The position numbers and the translations under genes were made by a program. From assembly GCF_964204645.1 (NCBI RefSeq), contig NC_134026.1, forward strand, positions 28,492,150 through 28,556,149: 64,000 nt of DNA, in the 5' to 3' direction. This document shows positions 11,711 to 42,850 of the stretch, piece by piece. Under the pieces are notes generated by a model. It saw nothing but the letters and a program-made list of their open reading frames with translations, searched no databases and had not been told where the DNA came from. Within the stretch, counting starts at the first letter, position 1. Every line of letters begins with the position of its first letter. This DNA comes from Tubulanus polymorphus. Lineage: Eukaryota > Animalia > Nemertea.

Positions 11711-14700
11711 ACAACATTTCTTGGAAAGAAACAAAAACTAATTAATAATGTGATCTCTTCGTATTATATCCGGATTATGAGAAATGTTTATTATGATATA
11801 ACTATTTCATAAATCGTGTATTTCTTGATACAGAATATAGAATAGAGTGAGAACGTCCGGTATTATTATTGATGGAATTATACATGGATTTTGACGGCTG
11901 TTGTTCAACATTCGTTATAATATCGAACTGGTTAATACAGTGATAATCCATTGTATACTGTTTTCTAGACGACGCCAGCTGGTTATTGATAATTCAGTGA
12001 TTCGTTTATGATATCCTCGTTTCTCGTGAACTATATCGCTAACTATTGCTATTGAAGCGAATGATCGTAGTTGACCACTTATCTACTGAAATTCTGCTTG
12101 CATTAAATAAGCTAATCGGCAACTGATAGTAAATGTTACATTAATGATTATTGCGTCGATTATTGAGTTTGCTCTTATCAAAATCCGATGGCATATAGGT
12201 TTATCAATTCTTCCCTGAATAGTTGTTGCACGGGCACAAAATTTGCGTTGTTATCCGGTGATGATATCGACTGATAGTTGTTGAACCGCTGGTACACTGC
12301 AACTAGAAATTAGTCAATCATTTATTAATATATCCATTTTGGTCTATATTGCGGTTGTATACTGCCTCAACACAAATGTATTCCATAGATTTCCAAAGCT
12401 GTAACGCCGATGATTGCGAGCTCTGTATGTTGTTTAAGGCCACAAAAAGAAACTTCGTCATAATTTGTTACAATTGTCACGATTAAGAAATATTTCTTCA
12501 AATATTTTTCGATGCTAAGAGGTTTTAGAGAAACAGCAATATAGCCGTAAACCGAGGTGAAATCAATGGACAATTTGAACTGTGAATTACTTTCGTTCTG
12601 TTGCTTTTTAAGAATCATTGCGTTCAAAGACTATTTTGATAATCAAATTGTTTGTATCTTGATTGAATTAAAGAACAAATTCACGTGTTATTTCAACGAA
12701 CGAAGATATTAATTTGACAAAGGGACCACCTGCAACGTATGAAAATCATCTGTGTAAGTGTGCGGATTAAAATGTGCACACGTCAATTAAAGCTTTTTGA
12801 ATAACTGTAAATAGAGCCCCGTAAACTTCGCTGTGTGTTTCACAGTGTATATATTCGGATTTAATGCGAGAGCTTTTGTAAATGGTTCTCTCTGGAACAT
12901 TATAATTGCTTGCTTCTAGATATCCATTATATGTGTAAATTAATGCATGATGATCGCAAATTATCCAAGCTTCATTTTTTGAGTAGTTCAGCACTCACGA
13001 AAGCTTCACAAATCTTTCTTACAAACCAAAATGCTCGCTCACCGCCTCAAGAAGAAAAGTCATTCCTCGCATGGGTAAAACTATCAAAGTCTGGACATGA
13101 GAAAAATCGCAATTGTAACTTACGGCGGACGAGGGATCGCCCAAATCTTATATCTAATATTTCTAAATCAATTTGTAGTTTTTCGAATATGTCCTGTGTT
13201 CATTGAACTAGAATGGAAATAGAACACGGTGCCTTTCTTGTTTCAAATAAAGATGTTGCTTTGTATTTCGTGATTTGTAACTGTTAAACATGTCTTTTGT
13301 AATCGACGTTGAAAACCTAAAATTGTTATGAATTTCCAATGCGTTTGGCACTTTGTCAATCTGTGTTGTAGTTTATACATCTGCTAATACTTAGAACTTT
13401 TCTTACCAGAAAAGACGAGTTGAAAAGAACATATCTTAGTCATTGGAAAAGCTATTTGAAATTTTTAACACTTTTCACAACCAAATGTTCTAGCTCCAAA
13501 TCAAAGAAACGACCGTTAGATTTTCGCTTATGGAACGGTAGGTGACTTGTACGTCATGGGCATTGTATCATTCAACCTTCTAAATCTTGGTAATTCGCAG
13601 GCATGGTTGTGATCCTTTTTATTTTATGTACGCCAGAAAAAAAAATGTATATGGTATTTAAGCGTTACGTTTTATCAGCGTCTTGTCCAAATAAAATTAC
13701 TATTCCATATTAAATAATCCGTTCGTTTTTGTCAATCTTTGGGCCTGGGGTGAATATTTCCAAATTCAGAGTCGAAAGAAACGACTATCATATATAACCA
13801 TATTCTAAGAATTGTTTGGCAATTTAGAAAATGGCCTTTCAAACAATTTCACGTTTGCCAGTCGCCATTTTGATCGGGTATTTTCTGTAAGCCTTTCGAT
13901 TGATGCATTGATAACAGCGACAATATCATGTTTTCAGGAATGTACGATTCATTCCGGGGTTTGGAGAAAATGTGGTAAAATGGGAGCGAATTTAGGATAT
14001 GTGGCCAACTCCTGCACTGGCGCTACCAGGATATTTTGTAGGTGGTTTTCTTATATGTAGAATTAAGAAAAAGAAGGCGACAGTTTAAGTGTTCTGAGGG
14101 TCTAAATTTCAAAATTAGATTGATGGAGAAGCGATTTCCGAGCTTTTAGCCATCATAATCTAATGTATGAAGACTTATGAAAATTTAAGTAAGAACATCT
14201 TTAAGCCCTGGATCCGGCCCTGTTCTGCTACGTGCATCAAAAGCAAGGTACGCTTCCTCATGCAATCTGTATCCGTAAAAAGTAAGAGTATTAAAACTGA
14301 ACTACTCGGAGTAAGAAGAAAGCTTGTTTCAAGTTTTTTACTAAACATGAAACAAATTAGATTTTATTCGTACTAAGCTTTTCGTCGTTTGAGAAAATGA
14401 TATGATATCTCGCCGTTTTTTTTCCTCTATCTCACGTCAACCGAAGCCGTACATACAGAAGCCATTGTTTGCTTCGCGCGAGTGAAAATCGTCGTTCTCG
14501 GAATTGGCATTTGGCTTGATAATCATTCGGAAAAAAGTAGAACGGATTGAAGAAGACTCACGTCATCTCGCGACCTACGTAGATATAAAGACCCGTGTCT
14601 GTGTTTTGGTTTCGCAAATTCTCTAATGGATGGACGTGGGCGGTCTCATCATTAACGCTGCGAATAATCTGAAGTCCGCTATGATTTCCCAAATCTCGCG

Positions 14701-16445
14701 TTTTCCCTCATTCGAAACGCTAAACGGCTATTCGGAGATGATGAACGCACGTCGATAGTAATTCGTTAATAGCATCTCGTAAAATAAACACAAATAACGT
14801 AATCATCTGTTAATGATGGAAACACAAGGAATGATGGTGATAATACAGATATATCAAGCAAACGTGTATCAGATATTGCCTACATTTAGGTTATAATATT
14901 ATAGTTTTTGTGTCTTTGATACCACACGAGATTCCACGACTGAAATATCGATTGAAATGATAGAAAGTCTCAAACATTAAAAAAACATTTATTTGCGTAT
15001 ATCTTTATTTTTTCATTAAAAATTATCTAGGTGTTGTTTAACTCTATGACACATGATACGATGAATCAATTTTCATTTCTAACCTGCAAGAAAACATCTT
15101 AAAATATATAACGATATTTATGAACAAGTTTTACATTAATAGTGTTTTGAATTTACATTCAATGAATAACGATACGTAGTTCAATGAGTTCTCGTGAATT
15201 CACTCTAAAACCATTTATTTCTTATCTTTCATGAGTTTAAAGATAACACGATTACTATGAATTTCTTTACAAATTACAAACAGATAATTTATAGCTAAAA
15301 TTAAGAAATAAAATTATATGTTTATCATTCAACGAACATAACAAACGATTGAACACTTTTATAACATTAGCACGATCTATTACAGGCACCCTGCAATAAC
15401 GTTGCCCATGATTGAATTACCGTGTGGCTTGGTAATCCAGTAGTAGCAATTTATTTGAAAGTTTCTTCGCTTCGTATATACCTCTATGTACGAAGTCCTC
15501 TACTCTAATTTGAGTAACAGAATATTATAGAAAAGGTTGCGAAAAGCAGCGCGAGATTAAGTGCTGAAAGAGAACATCAAGAATTTCAAATTTTTGAAAA
15601 CCAATAACAGATTAAAATTGGTTATACAACGTATTCAACGTTATGCGATAGTTCCGGAAATACCGAAGGATTTTCCAGTTCAATCAAGGGTTTATTCATT
15701 ATTTTATACATACATTTGTTGCGTTTATCGTCAGATAGAAACATTTCGCATTATTTAAGTACAGTTTTAAAATCATGGACAAAAACAGTCACCCCCGTAT
15801 AACGTGGAATGCAATAAAAACTATAACAATCAGTTCATAGCATATTCTGCCAATCATAGTACAGAGCATTGTTTTTTAATTTATTTGTTTATTTGACCAC
15901 GGCACCGTCGGGTAAATATTAGTCGTTGTTCCACGTGGAACCACAGCGAACTTTGGACATTTTTTCATCATTCTATCGCAATCTGCAAGACACCAGTGAA
16001 GTGAATTTCAAATCAGTTTAAATCATCTAAAATCTGTGCAAATTCCTTCTCAAATCAAAGGGGATTTGTTTAGCAAAGTGGGAAATGTATTTGTTCACTA
16101 TTTAGACGAGGCTATCGAATGTTTAAACTATAATTGACAAATTCTATCAGTATAGAAGAAATTGTGCAGAAGTGCAATAGCTAGATTTACATCTATTGTG
16201 CAGCGACTAACAATTTTACAATTACCTTTCATAATTGAATGTATTATAAGATTAAAATTTGAATATATTTGTTTGATAAAGAGAAATCATTGTATGAAAA
16301 ATAAATCGATCTACGAGATTCTTATGACGTATTTCTTAATTAATCTTTGTAGTTGAATCATTTATCGTGTTTTAAAAGTAAAAGGTAATTCCTCCAGTGT
16401 GTATGCGTGGGTGTTATTGAGGTGTATTGCCGTCTTTTTAGAAGA

Positions 16446-32000
<15,555 letters not shown>

Positions 32001-35000
32001 TGTCCGATCGTTATAAGGAACACCACCTGCCCGATTCTGTATCTACGTCAACATCCGTAACTGTTTGCCGAATGTAATTGCAATCGGTCTATGCAAATCA
32101 GATCGGCACAAACAGTCCCGCAAACTTCCGTTATCCGAACTCGGTCACAGACTATTGTAAATTAGCTGCAGTGGTTAATGTAAGAAAGCACCGATTCTAA
32201 ACGGTTAGAATTTCGGGGAATTTTCATAAGAAAGTTCACGATGAAGAAACCGACGTAGCTGTAGTTTTTGGTCAATCGGTGGCTAATGCTTTTCGTTCGT
32301 AGTGAGATTCACGTATGACGCCTGGAGCTTAGTGTAGCGTCGATTTAAACCCGCTCATCAGGTGATCGGTGCCGCCGCTGCCGCCGCTGCCGTCAATATT
32401 TTCAGATATAATTATTCTGCCTCGACAGAAATACACCCTCCGGTGTAAAGAATCTCACCGACTCCACACTTCACAAGGTGCTAGTAACGAAATATAGTTT
32501 CTTCGATTCGACTCACCGGTGATATACTATACCGCGATTAGTAGACGTGAATTCCGATCCCGCAACAAGTGTCGCATTATCTTTATCATCATCATCGTCA
32601 TCTTCATCGATGACATGGTGTCTTGACTTTATTCATAGATTCAGTCCGGGTCACAGCCAGCGTAACGGACATCGCCGAAACGAAGTCCTTTGAGATTTGC
32701 ACATTTTACTGCTGCTGTGATTTACCGTGTAGCCTCTATTGTGGGACACACGCGTCCGTCCATCCTACTTACAATCTGCAACTGTAATCAACAATCTCTA
32801 TGCGTCAGCTCACGGCTTTTCTCGTGCTTCGTGTCACCAAAGTCTGGAAAAGAGGATGGTACAGTTGAAAAGAAGCTATTTATTGAAAACACTGATATTT
32901 GCTTATGTCGCGCGGTTGACTACAATACAGTTCCGCGTATATTGTCTGCTTGAAACAATGACACTTTAGACAATGCAACTTTCAAGAACTATGAAAAATT
33001 CAAATAAAAGACTCCTGAGATTCTATAATATTTTCACCGATGAAATTAGTGCAGACGTCTTGGGGAATGATGGTTGATAAAGGTCACACGCATTTTATGA
33101 ACACCATCCCGTCCAAGGAAAATAACTGGTAAACTTTCATCATTTTATATCTATCTATTGAAAACTCTAAGAGGTGCATCGCACAATTACTGAAACAAGA
33201 CACGAATGAAATCGTACGAATAGGAATATTAGACTATTGTTCGCTTGGAAGGCAATACTTCCTCAGATTGATGACCAACAGCGGGAATGGACGTCGACCG
33301 AAAACCGAGATCACCTCATTAATAGAAGGACAAGTCAACGAAATAGAGTTCCTTGGGCGAGTGTTAGATATCGGGTTCATTTGCTTTATGATGGCCGTAA
33401 AAATATGCATATAGCGTAACCGGAAGGTGCCAAACTAGTGTGATGTGTATGACGGCCTGATTGCTGGTAATCTGTGTTTGCCTGCTTGAATGACTGATTG
33501 TCCTGTCTTTCCTGCAAATTGTGCACGGAACTGCGTTGAATGTACATTTTTTGCGGCCCTCGATCATTTGTCATATTATTCACAAGTAAACGCGTATAAA
33601 AACAAAACCAACCCTTATCTAATCTCAATAGCAATATTCTCTAGCTGGTTATAGAAGCGCCAGGTGTCCCACTGACACGCCTCAACTGAGACTTATTTCA
33701 AGATATTGACAGCAATTTTGCCCGAACATTAATTAAAAAAAAATCCATTCGCATTAAATCCGGCAACATATTTCTGCAAAGTGTTGAAGCATTATGCAAT
33801 GAAATCTGAACCTACTTTTCGAAATCCTATAGAATGAAATTGACAGGGACAAATGGATTTCATTCCGTGCATGCGACATCTGCATATAGGCGCTCTTGAA
33901 ATTGATGATCCTCTTCATCATATTTCTAATAAGGAGTCACGTCAGATTAGATAAGACAATAATGTAGATGGTAATGTATCTTCATTTAAAGCTTGAGGGA
34001 AGCTCGTAACATATGTTAGTTCGATGCGTCCGTGTTAGATGAGGCGGCTTGAAATGACATCGTAGAACATCGTAGAATATCAAGTTTGTTTTTCGTCGTT
34101 AATTACGCTGTCATAATGGTATATCAATGATAACAACCTCTATCCTATTTTTCAGAACATTTGGGGATGTGTGACATGAATATCGCATGGAAAGGGCCCT
34201 GAAAGGTCATTAAAGGTGTGGCGCGTAAATAGAAATGATTGATCTGAATTCCTTTCCGACACCTCAAGTGTCAAATCATTGCCACCTCTTCCTAGGGAAG
34301 CTGATGTGAAGATTCTTGAGATACATATGCTATTTCTGGGGTCGTTCGTTGCACTGATTATACGTATACGTGTGGAGGCCTGGAAAACCATTCACGATGT
34401 CAGAATCGAACGATGATTATTTCGACAAGCATTTTGAGGCTTTTTTAGCGAATTTATTTTCTTTTTAAGATGGCGCGAACAATAAAAACCTCTCGTGTAG
34501 ATTGAGTAATGATTTGTTCGATATGTTATATAGGTACAATGTTCCTAACCATATTAGTAAAGTATGCGCTGAACAAATAGAATATTAGTTTCCAGACCCA
34601 TCGATCGTTTATTTACACCATTTCCACATCAAATCATAATATATAGTTATCAGAACAGTATCATTGGTTATGTTAGTTCAGTATCAATCATTATAAACAA
34701 AAGGAAACAAGTCCAAAGCCTCACATGAGGTCACGCATGGACACATGAAACTTTAAACGACACATCATAACGAATACATGTATTCTTCATTCAGTCGGGT
34801 ATATGTATCTCCCAGCTGTAATTTTCTAAATTGAAGTTTTGTTCCGCCATGTAAGATGTTGCAAATAACCGAAGCAATTGTCCATTTGGATTCCGTGTGA
34901 AAAATACTGGATGCTTAATCAAATATTCGTCATAGTCGCGTGATTTTGTTAGTTTCTACTTTAATGCCTTAAAACGTCTGTCCTTACAGAATTTCAAGGT

Positions 35001-38000
35001 ATATGGATTGTGAAATATTGATGTGGCGATGTTAGTGACGGCACTTAACACTCAACTAAATTATTTGTTTTCGTCGCGGAAAAAAGAAACTTCAGACGCA
35101 ACTAGCAGAATTTATAAGCTTAACAAAGATTGGCATGTAATTTCCGTATAGAGTTTAGGTCCCATTTGTAACGAATTGGCTGCTGCAATCGATATACGGA
35201 GATGCAAACTAGAAGTCGAAATATGTCAAGATTGAGCTACGTTTTGTTCCAGTACACGAATCTGTCATTTTATATGTGGTCTGTAAATCTAGAGCCGATC
35301 GGTCTTAATTAAGTTTCGACCACATGATGTATTGAATACCTATCCATCCTCGTGATTTTTGAAGTCTGGGTGCATTTGATTAGAGTTCCGTTTTTCAAAT
35401 TAGACCAGTAGGCGGAAGGTTAACTCACAGCACGTGGAGAAGTGAGATAATAGCTACGAGGAAACGACGGTCACGTACTCACACTACGATTCAAATGACA
35501 CAAATTTCTAATTGCAGCAATCGATCACAACGTTCTATATTAGTTTAACAAACGGGATATTAGGACAAATTATCCCCAATTAAAGTCAGCCGGGTACGGA
35601 CTGACCAGTAGCATCCCTATGAAGAAACGAAAAAAGCCACGCGGTGGAGCATTTGTTACCTTTTACAGCTGTATTCTTAAAAGGTTTAAAAATGAGGTTA
35701 TAGCTACATTGTATAGAACAACCTTGAATTCCCCGCATTATGATAAAATATTCCATGTAAATTGTCTTTCCTCGATAGATATCAAGTATTTTTTGTTCAG
35801 CGACGCGTTCGATTGAGGAGTAATGGGCTCGATACTCGGAATCATTGGCAGATGAATCGCATCGATGATAGGAAATTAGTATTACATCTGTGAAACGTCG
35901 AAACGTGAAATGAGATCTAATTCTGATATGATTAGGTTTTTTGAATCAATGTATTTATTTATTTAGAGTAGAAGAAGCGATGAAGAATTATCGATGGAGA
36001 TTATTTGGTCGAACGACGTTCTCTATTCAGCGATCTCTTAAAGTATTTGCGCACCGAATCGGCTGATTGCAGTTTATCGGTGAATATACGCCGCGTGAAT
36101 CAACAACATTTTTTCAAGGCAATATACAGTACCTAGTTTAGACTACGGAGGAAAATTTGCGAATAAATTTTGATCCAGACGAAACCGTTCCCAGTGGTTC
36201 CAAATGGGTTGGTGCCTGTTTGACGCGGGCTAAATTTTGACGGCCTTTAGTCGGTGCAAAATGGGTCTAATCATACCGTGTGAATGCTATTTAAGCTACT
36301 CACCTCACCTGCCAAAGCCTCATTCTGATAGCAGTTTAGTAGAAAGAGTGATTTACGTGTGAATGCGCACTTTTAATCAGGCACGGGCCAAATTTGACCT
36401 TAGTCTGATCGGCCGTGTAATCGCTGCTTTCGACTGCATATCCCAATCAGTCCCTATCTCTCGATCAACGAATTGATTTCCAGTGGCTCCAGTTTCAAAA
36501 AGTAGAGTCTCAAATGGAATAGAAACGTGCAATTTATTGCTTCCTAAATCGTTTACAATTAGCTAGATAGCATCGGATCGAAAATATTCATGGAATGCAA
36601 TAAGTGCATGAGTGAACAGTTTGTAATTTTTGGTGCATCAAATATTCATAATTTCTTATTGGAAAATAGGGCCTGAGTTTGATTGTTCACTGCACTAGTC
36701 AGACGTTATTATTAACTGAAGCACAGTCGATTGAACGAGAATGTTTAAAACCCAGTGAACAATACATTAAAATTTCATTTCCTGAAATAGGTTTTTTCCG
36801 ACGTTTCTGATTGAGCATTATTGTTTCAAATGATATGACGGTCCGCTATCCGATGCTGAGGCTTTTTATATCGCCGAACTATTCAGTTAAAAACAACAGG
36901 TTGTGATATTTCTGAAAAGCCGAGGGAGTAGAAGCAAAATGCAAAGTTCATATCGTTGTTTTTGATCAAGGGAAATCGCATCGCATGCACACATTCCCAA
37001 TTAGCCGCTGTTTGGATAGTTCGTGTAAAAGACTAACGGCTGGTGATACTGGTTGTTGTCTCGTATGTTTCATAGTCCCCGCGTAGCCTTTTATGAGTTT
37101 TCTTTTATCATAAATTCCTACATCCAAATTCGTATCTGTTAGATTCTTGTTGGGTCTACTGTTTTCGTAGTTACGGACAAGTCAAGGGTATGTAGACGGT
37201 TTGTAGAGTGGTTCTGTTAAGAAAGGGGAGTGGGTGACTTGACCTGCACTGGATGCCTCAGACTTGTTTGCATTCTGTATATTTGCCCTGTGACGATCAG
37301 TGGTCATTTCTTGTGTAACTAACCATTATACAATGTGGAATATTACGAACGAGACGCACCGAAGCCAGCGCAGCACTAATCTGCTAGAATGAACAAATGC
37401 GGTACGGGTTGTTTTGATTGTTTTAGCAAACACTGAGCAAATCCCCGTCCATAATCTCCCACACTCCCCCGATACCGATTTGGGAAGACGATGAAAGAAT
37501 GAATCTTCGTCTCTTGATCTCGGTTTATCTGAGCTCCATACAGCTCGATGAGGCAAGGCTAATTGAATAAATAAACCACAAACTGACTTATATGAATGCG
37601 ATATGCAACCGCAATTTACAGATCGGAAAATTGAAGTTGTTACAATTTTCGAATTTACCAAAATTGCTCTGGAATATATCTGGATCCCGTTGCACTAAAG
37701 TTCAAAAAAAACATTGGAAAAGAGCTATGATTAGAGTCAAACCTGGCCGAAAACTGGGTCCTGATGCCAACTGTACCAAAACTAACCAACGATTGATATG
37801 ATAAAAACTGAGTTGAGTCACTGAATTGATTAATTTGCGTGTTGAAATTTGCTCAAGCACTACAGTGGAAAATCATTTAACGTTATTAATCGAAGAACGT
37901 AGCAAAACGTAGCAACGCAAAAAGCAATGTTACTAAGTAAACACCGTAGCGGGATATGTTTCACATTTTACCTTGATGATATGGTCCATAAAGATACATA

Positions 38001-40266
38001 TTTTATTAGAAAAAGCATTAGAAGATTAACCTTTGTCTAACATCTATTTTTCAACGAAATAGCATCGTTGGTGGTACGCTGCCTTCTTACAAGTCTCTTA
38101 ATAAATTCTAAAAATAAGTTAACTTATCCTATTGTAACAGTGAATACTAGATGAAATACAAATCTAAGGGGGTATTTCATCTCTGATACGGGTCGGGGGT
38201 ATCGTGTTGTCGGATCGTAATCCACAGGTGTAACGTTCTGTGTACATTTACACTTAAGTGCTGGCTCTGTTAAGATGTTATACGTGTAAATCGTACAGGA
38301 ACAAGTTCCAACGTTGTACGTAGATAGTAATTTACGTTCAGTCTCTGTACTTAAAACTGATTCCAATACTGATTTTAACGTTTTTAAAGACGAAATAGAT
38401 TTATTTCCATTTCTCTTTTTGCTTCTCGTAGAAGCGTCAATTTATTACGGCCCCCTGTGGACCCTGTTAGATCACGACGACTGTTTACGATAGACAAGCC
38501 GCACTTTCGTGGAAAATCGTTTCTTTGTACACCTGCTGTCTACGCGTGTAAGAAACAAAAACTACTAAAGAACACATCATTTTCTTAAACGCCCGTGGTT
38601 CGTTCTAATGTATCCAATTTAAGTTCAGTACAATAAAAAGGCTTGGATTTTATGCATTTAAAAAGACGCCCAATGAATTCTCTCGCGGTGACTGTGAAAG
38701 AGATATTATTGTGGTAAGAATAGAAACACAAAACTGCTCTGTCCTTATTTACGAGGCAATCAAATCTCTATATACAGCTCGATAGAGAATACCGAGTATT
38801 TTTTACATACGCGGAAAAGGCCATCAATAACTAAATATCAAGGTACGTAGAAGACGTTTCGAGTGTTTTACAGATCACGGAGAGAAGCCGGATTGAAACA
38901 CACAGGTGCGACCAGTTTTGCAGTTTTCTGACCGTTCGAATAAACTCTCGACCGCCGGCGGACAAACGAAACTAGACATGTAGATCGACCGATTCATCAT
39001 TGTACCGAACACGACTTACAAGACAAGTGGAAAAAGATTTGATTCGCTATTGGAAATCATTGCGTCTGGTGAACAAAATATTGTAAACGTTCTCGTATTC
39101 TTGATGTTATCTATTCATTTTAAGATTTTAGTAAAAAAGTTTCTGGAGTAAACACCGCACCCAGGATGGCTTGGTCACACGAGTTTACAGCGATCTATCT
39201 CAACGTGTGCGAAGTGCAGAGATACGGGCTTTGGTGAAAATTGAATGACAGCGGCGAGAACTGCATGGAAATCGGCCAATATCAGCGCATTACGTGACTT
39301 CTATTAGATATACTGACAGCGTGAACTTTCCGATTTGTAGCCGAACACTTCATCTTGATTGAAAAGAAAATTTACGATACGAATCTATCTATCATTTCGA
39401 CCAACATGTAAATGGTTGCAAATAGGATTCTCGCCATCAGCGCCTGGGTGAGACCACCAGATTGCTAGATAAAATCAACCGTCTGAACGTTACTGGTTGC
39501 AAAAACGCAACACCGGGTCGTCATCAGATATGCAGCGATATTTATATCGAAATATTGATTTCTATTACCAGAAATGGCAGTCGGTAGAACTAGTTTATTG
39601 TTGGTTAGTTGACATTATATGCGGCTAACCTAATAACCAATGTACCAAAACGGGTAAAATGCTCTTTTGAGGATTTATAAAAGCTAGTATTTTGCGTGCG
39701 AAAGCAATCTGCTGGCGAGAATATCTGTTCATAGTCGATATGCGTATGCATCAGTTGATTTCATTTCCGTCAAAGATGCAAGATTCATTTGTATTTTCAA
39801 ACCGTCAACGAAAGCGGTGTGCACTGTAACATATGATTGCAACTTGTCTTTATGGCAGTAATGTCGTCGAGCGGATCATAATTCTTAGTTTGAAACGGGT
39901 GCATAAACCACGTTTGTGGGATCTACAATCGTGTCGAGAATGAATAATTACAGGAAGTCAATTTTATTCTATAATAGAGTTTTAACGATTGTTACTCGGA
40001 AAGCAATTTTGGATTAAGCAGTTTCCGCAGAAATAAACTGCAGTAATACAGCAACAGTGACAAATCAAAAGCTTTGCGCAACTCATTAAAATCGATAAAA
40101 TATAAAAATGGACAAAATGATCTTGTAATATAGCTATTTCCAAAATCTCATTGTATTAAATTAGGCAGCCAGAAAAATTCATCCCAATCAGTCGCTTGCC
40201 GGTTCAGACTGAATGGAAGATTGTTTGGATGAACCGGAACCGAATTTCCAATTATGTACTTCGATT

Positions 40267-40286
40267 AAAAAAAAAAAAAAAAAAAA
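40267..40286 (+). repeat. Poly(A) tract of ~20 nt
   Basis: Seen directly. Confidence 0.85.
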
Positions 40287-42739
40287 GAATCTATCACTTT
40301 TTAAACATTTCTGGAAATATATAAGTTGTGGTCGATATAACCATTCTAAAATATAGTTCATTTACGAATAGATCTAGGGAGAAGGAAACACAAGATATTG
40401 TCAAATACAATGCTGTTCAAATGGTGAAGGTGAATAACTTATGGTCTTAAAAGTCCAGATGCCCACTCTCGCATTCATGCACAATATACTTCATTCAAGA
40501 CCTGCAAATTACAAGATATTAACATTAAAAACATCATAGGATTGAATCTATCATGAAAAAAACATATACGATAAAAAATAACCACAGATTTCTGAGAATA
40601 TGGAATTATACATATAAGCTACCAATATACTAGCGGTACCAAACCAGAGAATGTCAGATTATGAAATGTCAAAAGGAAGCGAGCGTTGAAGCAGAATGAA
40701 GCTCTCATCAGCACTTCAGCGCAGACTCTTCTTTCGCACCCCTCAGCAGATAACGCGAACAACAAGTCGCAATTACCTCAACAATTCCCTTCATCTCGTA
40801 CGACTTATAGGTGTTTGCTCTCGGCAATCCATCGACCAGCGAACGTAGGTAATAGAAACGCGAATAGGAGCGCCATAGAACAATTTAATTCGTCATCGAG
40901 TCGCAGGCTAATACAACCGCCTATTGGGACCAAAACTTGTCGCCTAGCGGAATATTCGCCAGCAAATGACGATCACTGCGAGGCGACAAATTCCGAGATA
41001 GAAAAACCTAACTTGATCGTTATTGCGGCGATAAAATGTTCGTTACGGGACTAATGTCCTCCTTGCGTCTTTCAAATTTCAATCAGAATTTGTCTCAGCT
41101 ATTGGCTCAGAAAACGCCGGTAATTCTCCGCGGTGAATGGGATTTAACCTTTTATACTAGTCGTCTATACCTGCAGCGCAAAATGCGCCCACGGGGCACA
41201 CAATTTCAGAACTTTATATAAAAGTTCTTGCAGCCATACATGTATACCGTCCAATCAACGAATGGACAGGAAACCGTACAATAAGAGACAATAAATATCA
41301 TTTGACATGCCCTGATGAAACCAAGCGTTCCCCTTAACGATTCAACCGATTTATCTGAGATCAAAACAACCTCGATTACATTTTCGATAAAATACATCTC
41401 GAGCGGATAAACGCGAAAAAAACATTCCAAAAAGAATTGCGAGATATAAATTCGTACGGATGACTAACTTAACCAAGGGCGAGTGCAATTTTTTCTGCAA
41501 TGATTATCAGTGCTCTCATTTAGGATGAACGAAGGCTTAATTTAGTGTTTGAATTGTAGGAGTATAAATTAACTTGATTTACCGATGGTGATACGCTCAA
41601 TCTGAAGGATGTTTACAATTCTCTCAAGGATGGAGTAGGTCTGCCGAGTCGGTTGGGGTTATTTGTGACGAGAATTGATACGTATCCCTACTGGAACAAC
41701 AAAAAACATTTATAATCCACCCACATAAAACAGCGTGGTATTATTTGATTTCTCAGTTCAATAGGTGTAAGAATGCGCCGATTCACTATGTTGTTTATAT
41801 ATATATCAAAAACCGTGTATTCGTCTACTTTCAAATGCAAATCCTCTTTACTGATAAGTGGCTTTGAATTTCACCGGGAAACTTATACATGTAGTTGAAA
41901 ATTATTATGTACCGTGCGTTTTTCTAATCTTTGTCAGAATCCGTCGCACTAGCCTCGAGTTAGTAATATCAACACATTAGTTTCTTAGTAGCAATAGATG
42001 GTAGAGAGAGAGAAAGTACCTCGCGGGTATTGAGGGTTCCATGAATACTTAACGAGACCATCGGTAAAAGCGCCGAACCAGAGTCACATATAGAATCGGA
42101 AGCAGATCGCAGAAATTAAGAGTTTATTCAAAACTTTTTGAAAGGATGTAACATCTCTCCAAGTTGCTGCCAATGGATTGAATGGATGAATGTAACTATG
42201 AGAGTGAGAGTGATTCCTGTAAATATGTTTCTCGTCAAAGGTATTAGTCTCCTATACTAAGTACACGATGGCTTTATGAAACAGTTCACATAAAATAATG
42301 TATCCCTCAGTGTTCGTGCAGATTTCCCCTGAAAAGCGTGAAAAACGGAATTGAGCAGTTAGATGTTGTTGTGAGAAGATTAATCGTACGCACCGCATGG
42401 ACACTTTATTTCAGTAATCTGTCTCACGGTTTTGTTTATCACGAAACATCTTACTCACCGCGCATTGCGTTCACTTAAACAAACGTACTGTCATTTCCAA
42501 ATTACTACAACAATTGAATAGACCTTGACCTGAATGAATTTCAAAGTGTTTTCAAACCTTCAAGGAATTCTAAAAATACTTTACGGCGGGAGAAATCTGC
42601 GCCGGAGAAAGAAAATTGATGTTCGTATCATTGTTTGGTAGATAACCATTGATAAAGCACTCTGCCCGTGTTGTAGCGACGATATAAAAAATCCCACACT
42701 GTGAATGAATGAAAAGACCGAAATGTTTCTTTCCACTCG

Positions 42740-42850
42740 TAATCAACGTTTCGACGTTTATCCCGATAGTCATTTTCGGAAATAGTCCAAAAGAAGAATA
42801 ATGGGATAGTCCTGACGATGACTATTAGGATATACTCGAAACGTTAATTA
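42740..42850. mobile_element. Decayed Penelope-like inverted pLTR pair with degenerate hammerhead motifs
   Basis: Plus strand CCTGACGATGACTATTAGGATATACTCGAAACGTTAATTA (42811-42850); the reverse complement of 42740-42780 reads TCCGAAAATGACTATCGGGATAAACGTCGAAACGTTGATTA. Weak inverted similarity extends to ~42700/42890. Confidence 0.6.

Noticed and set aside
40686-41054. 122-aa ORF and other short intergenic or antisense ORFs in the track
   Set aside because: Mostly non-ATG starts, no motifs and no splice context; expected by chance or shadows of real exons.
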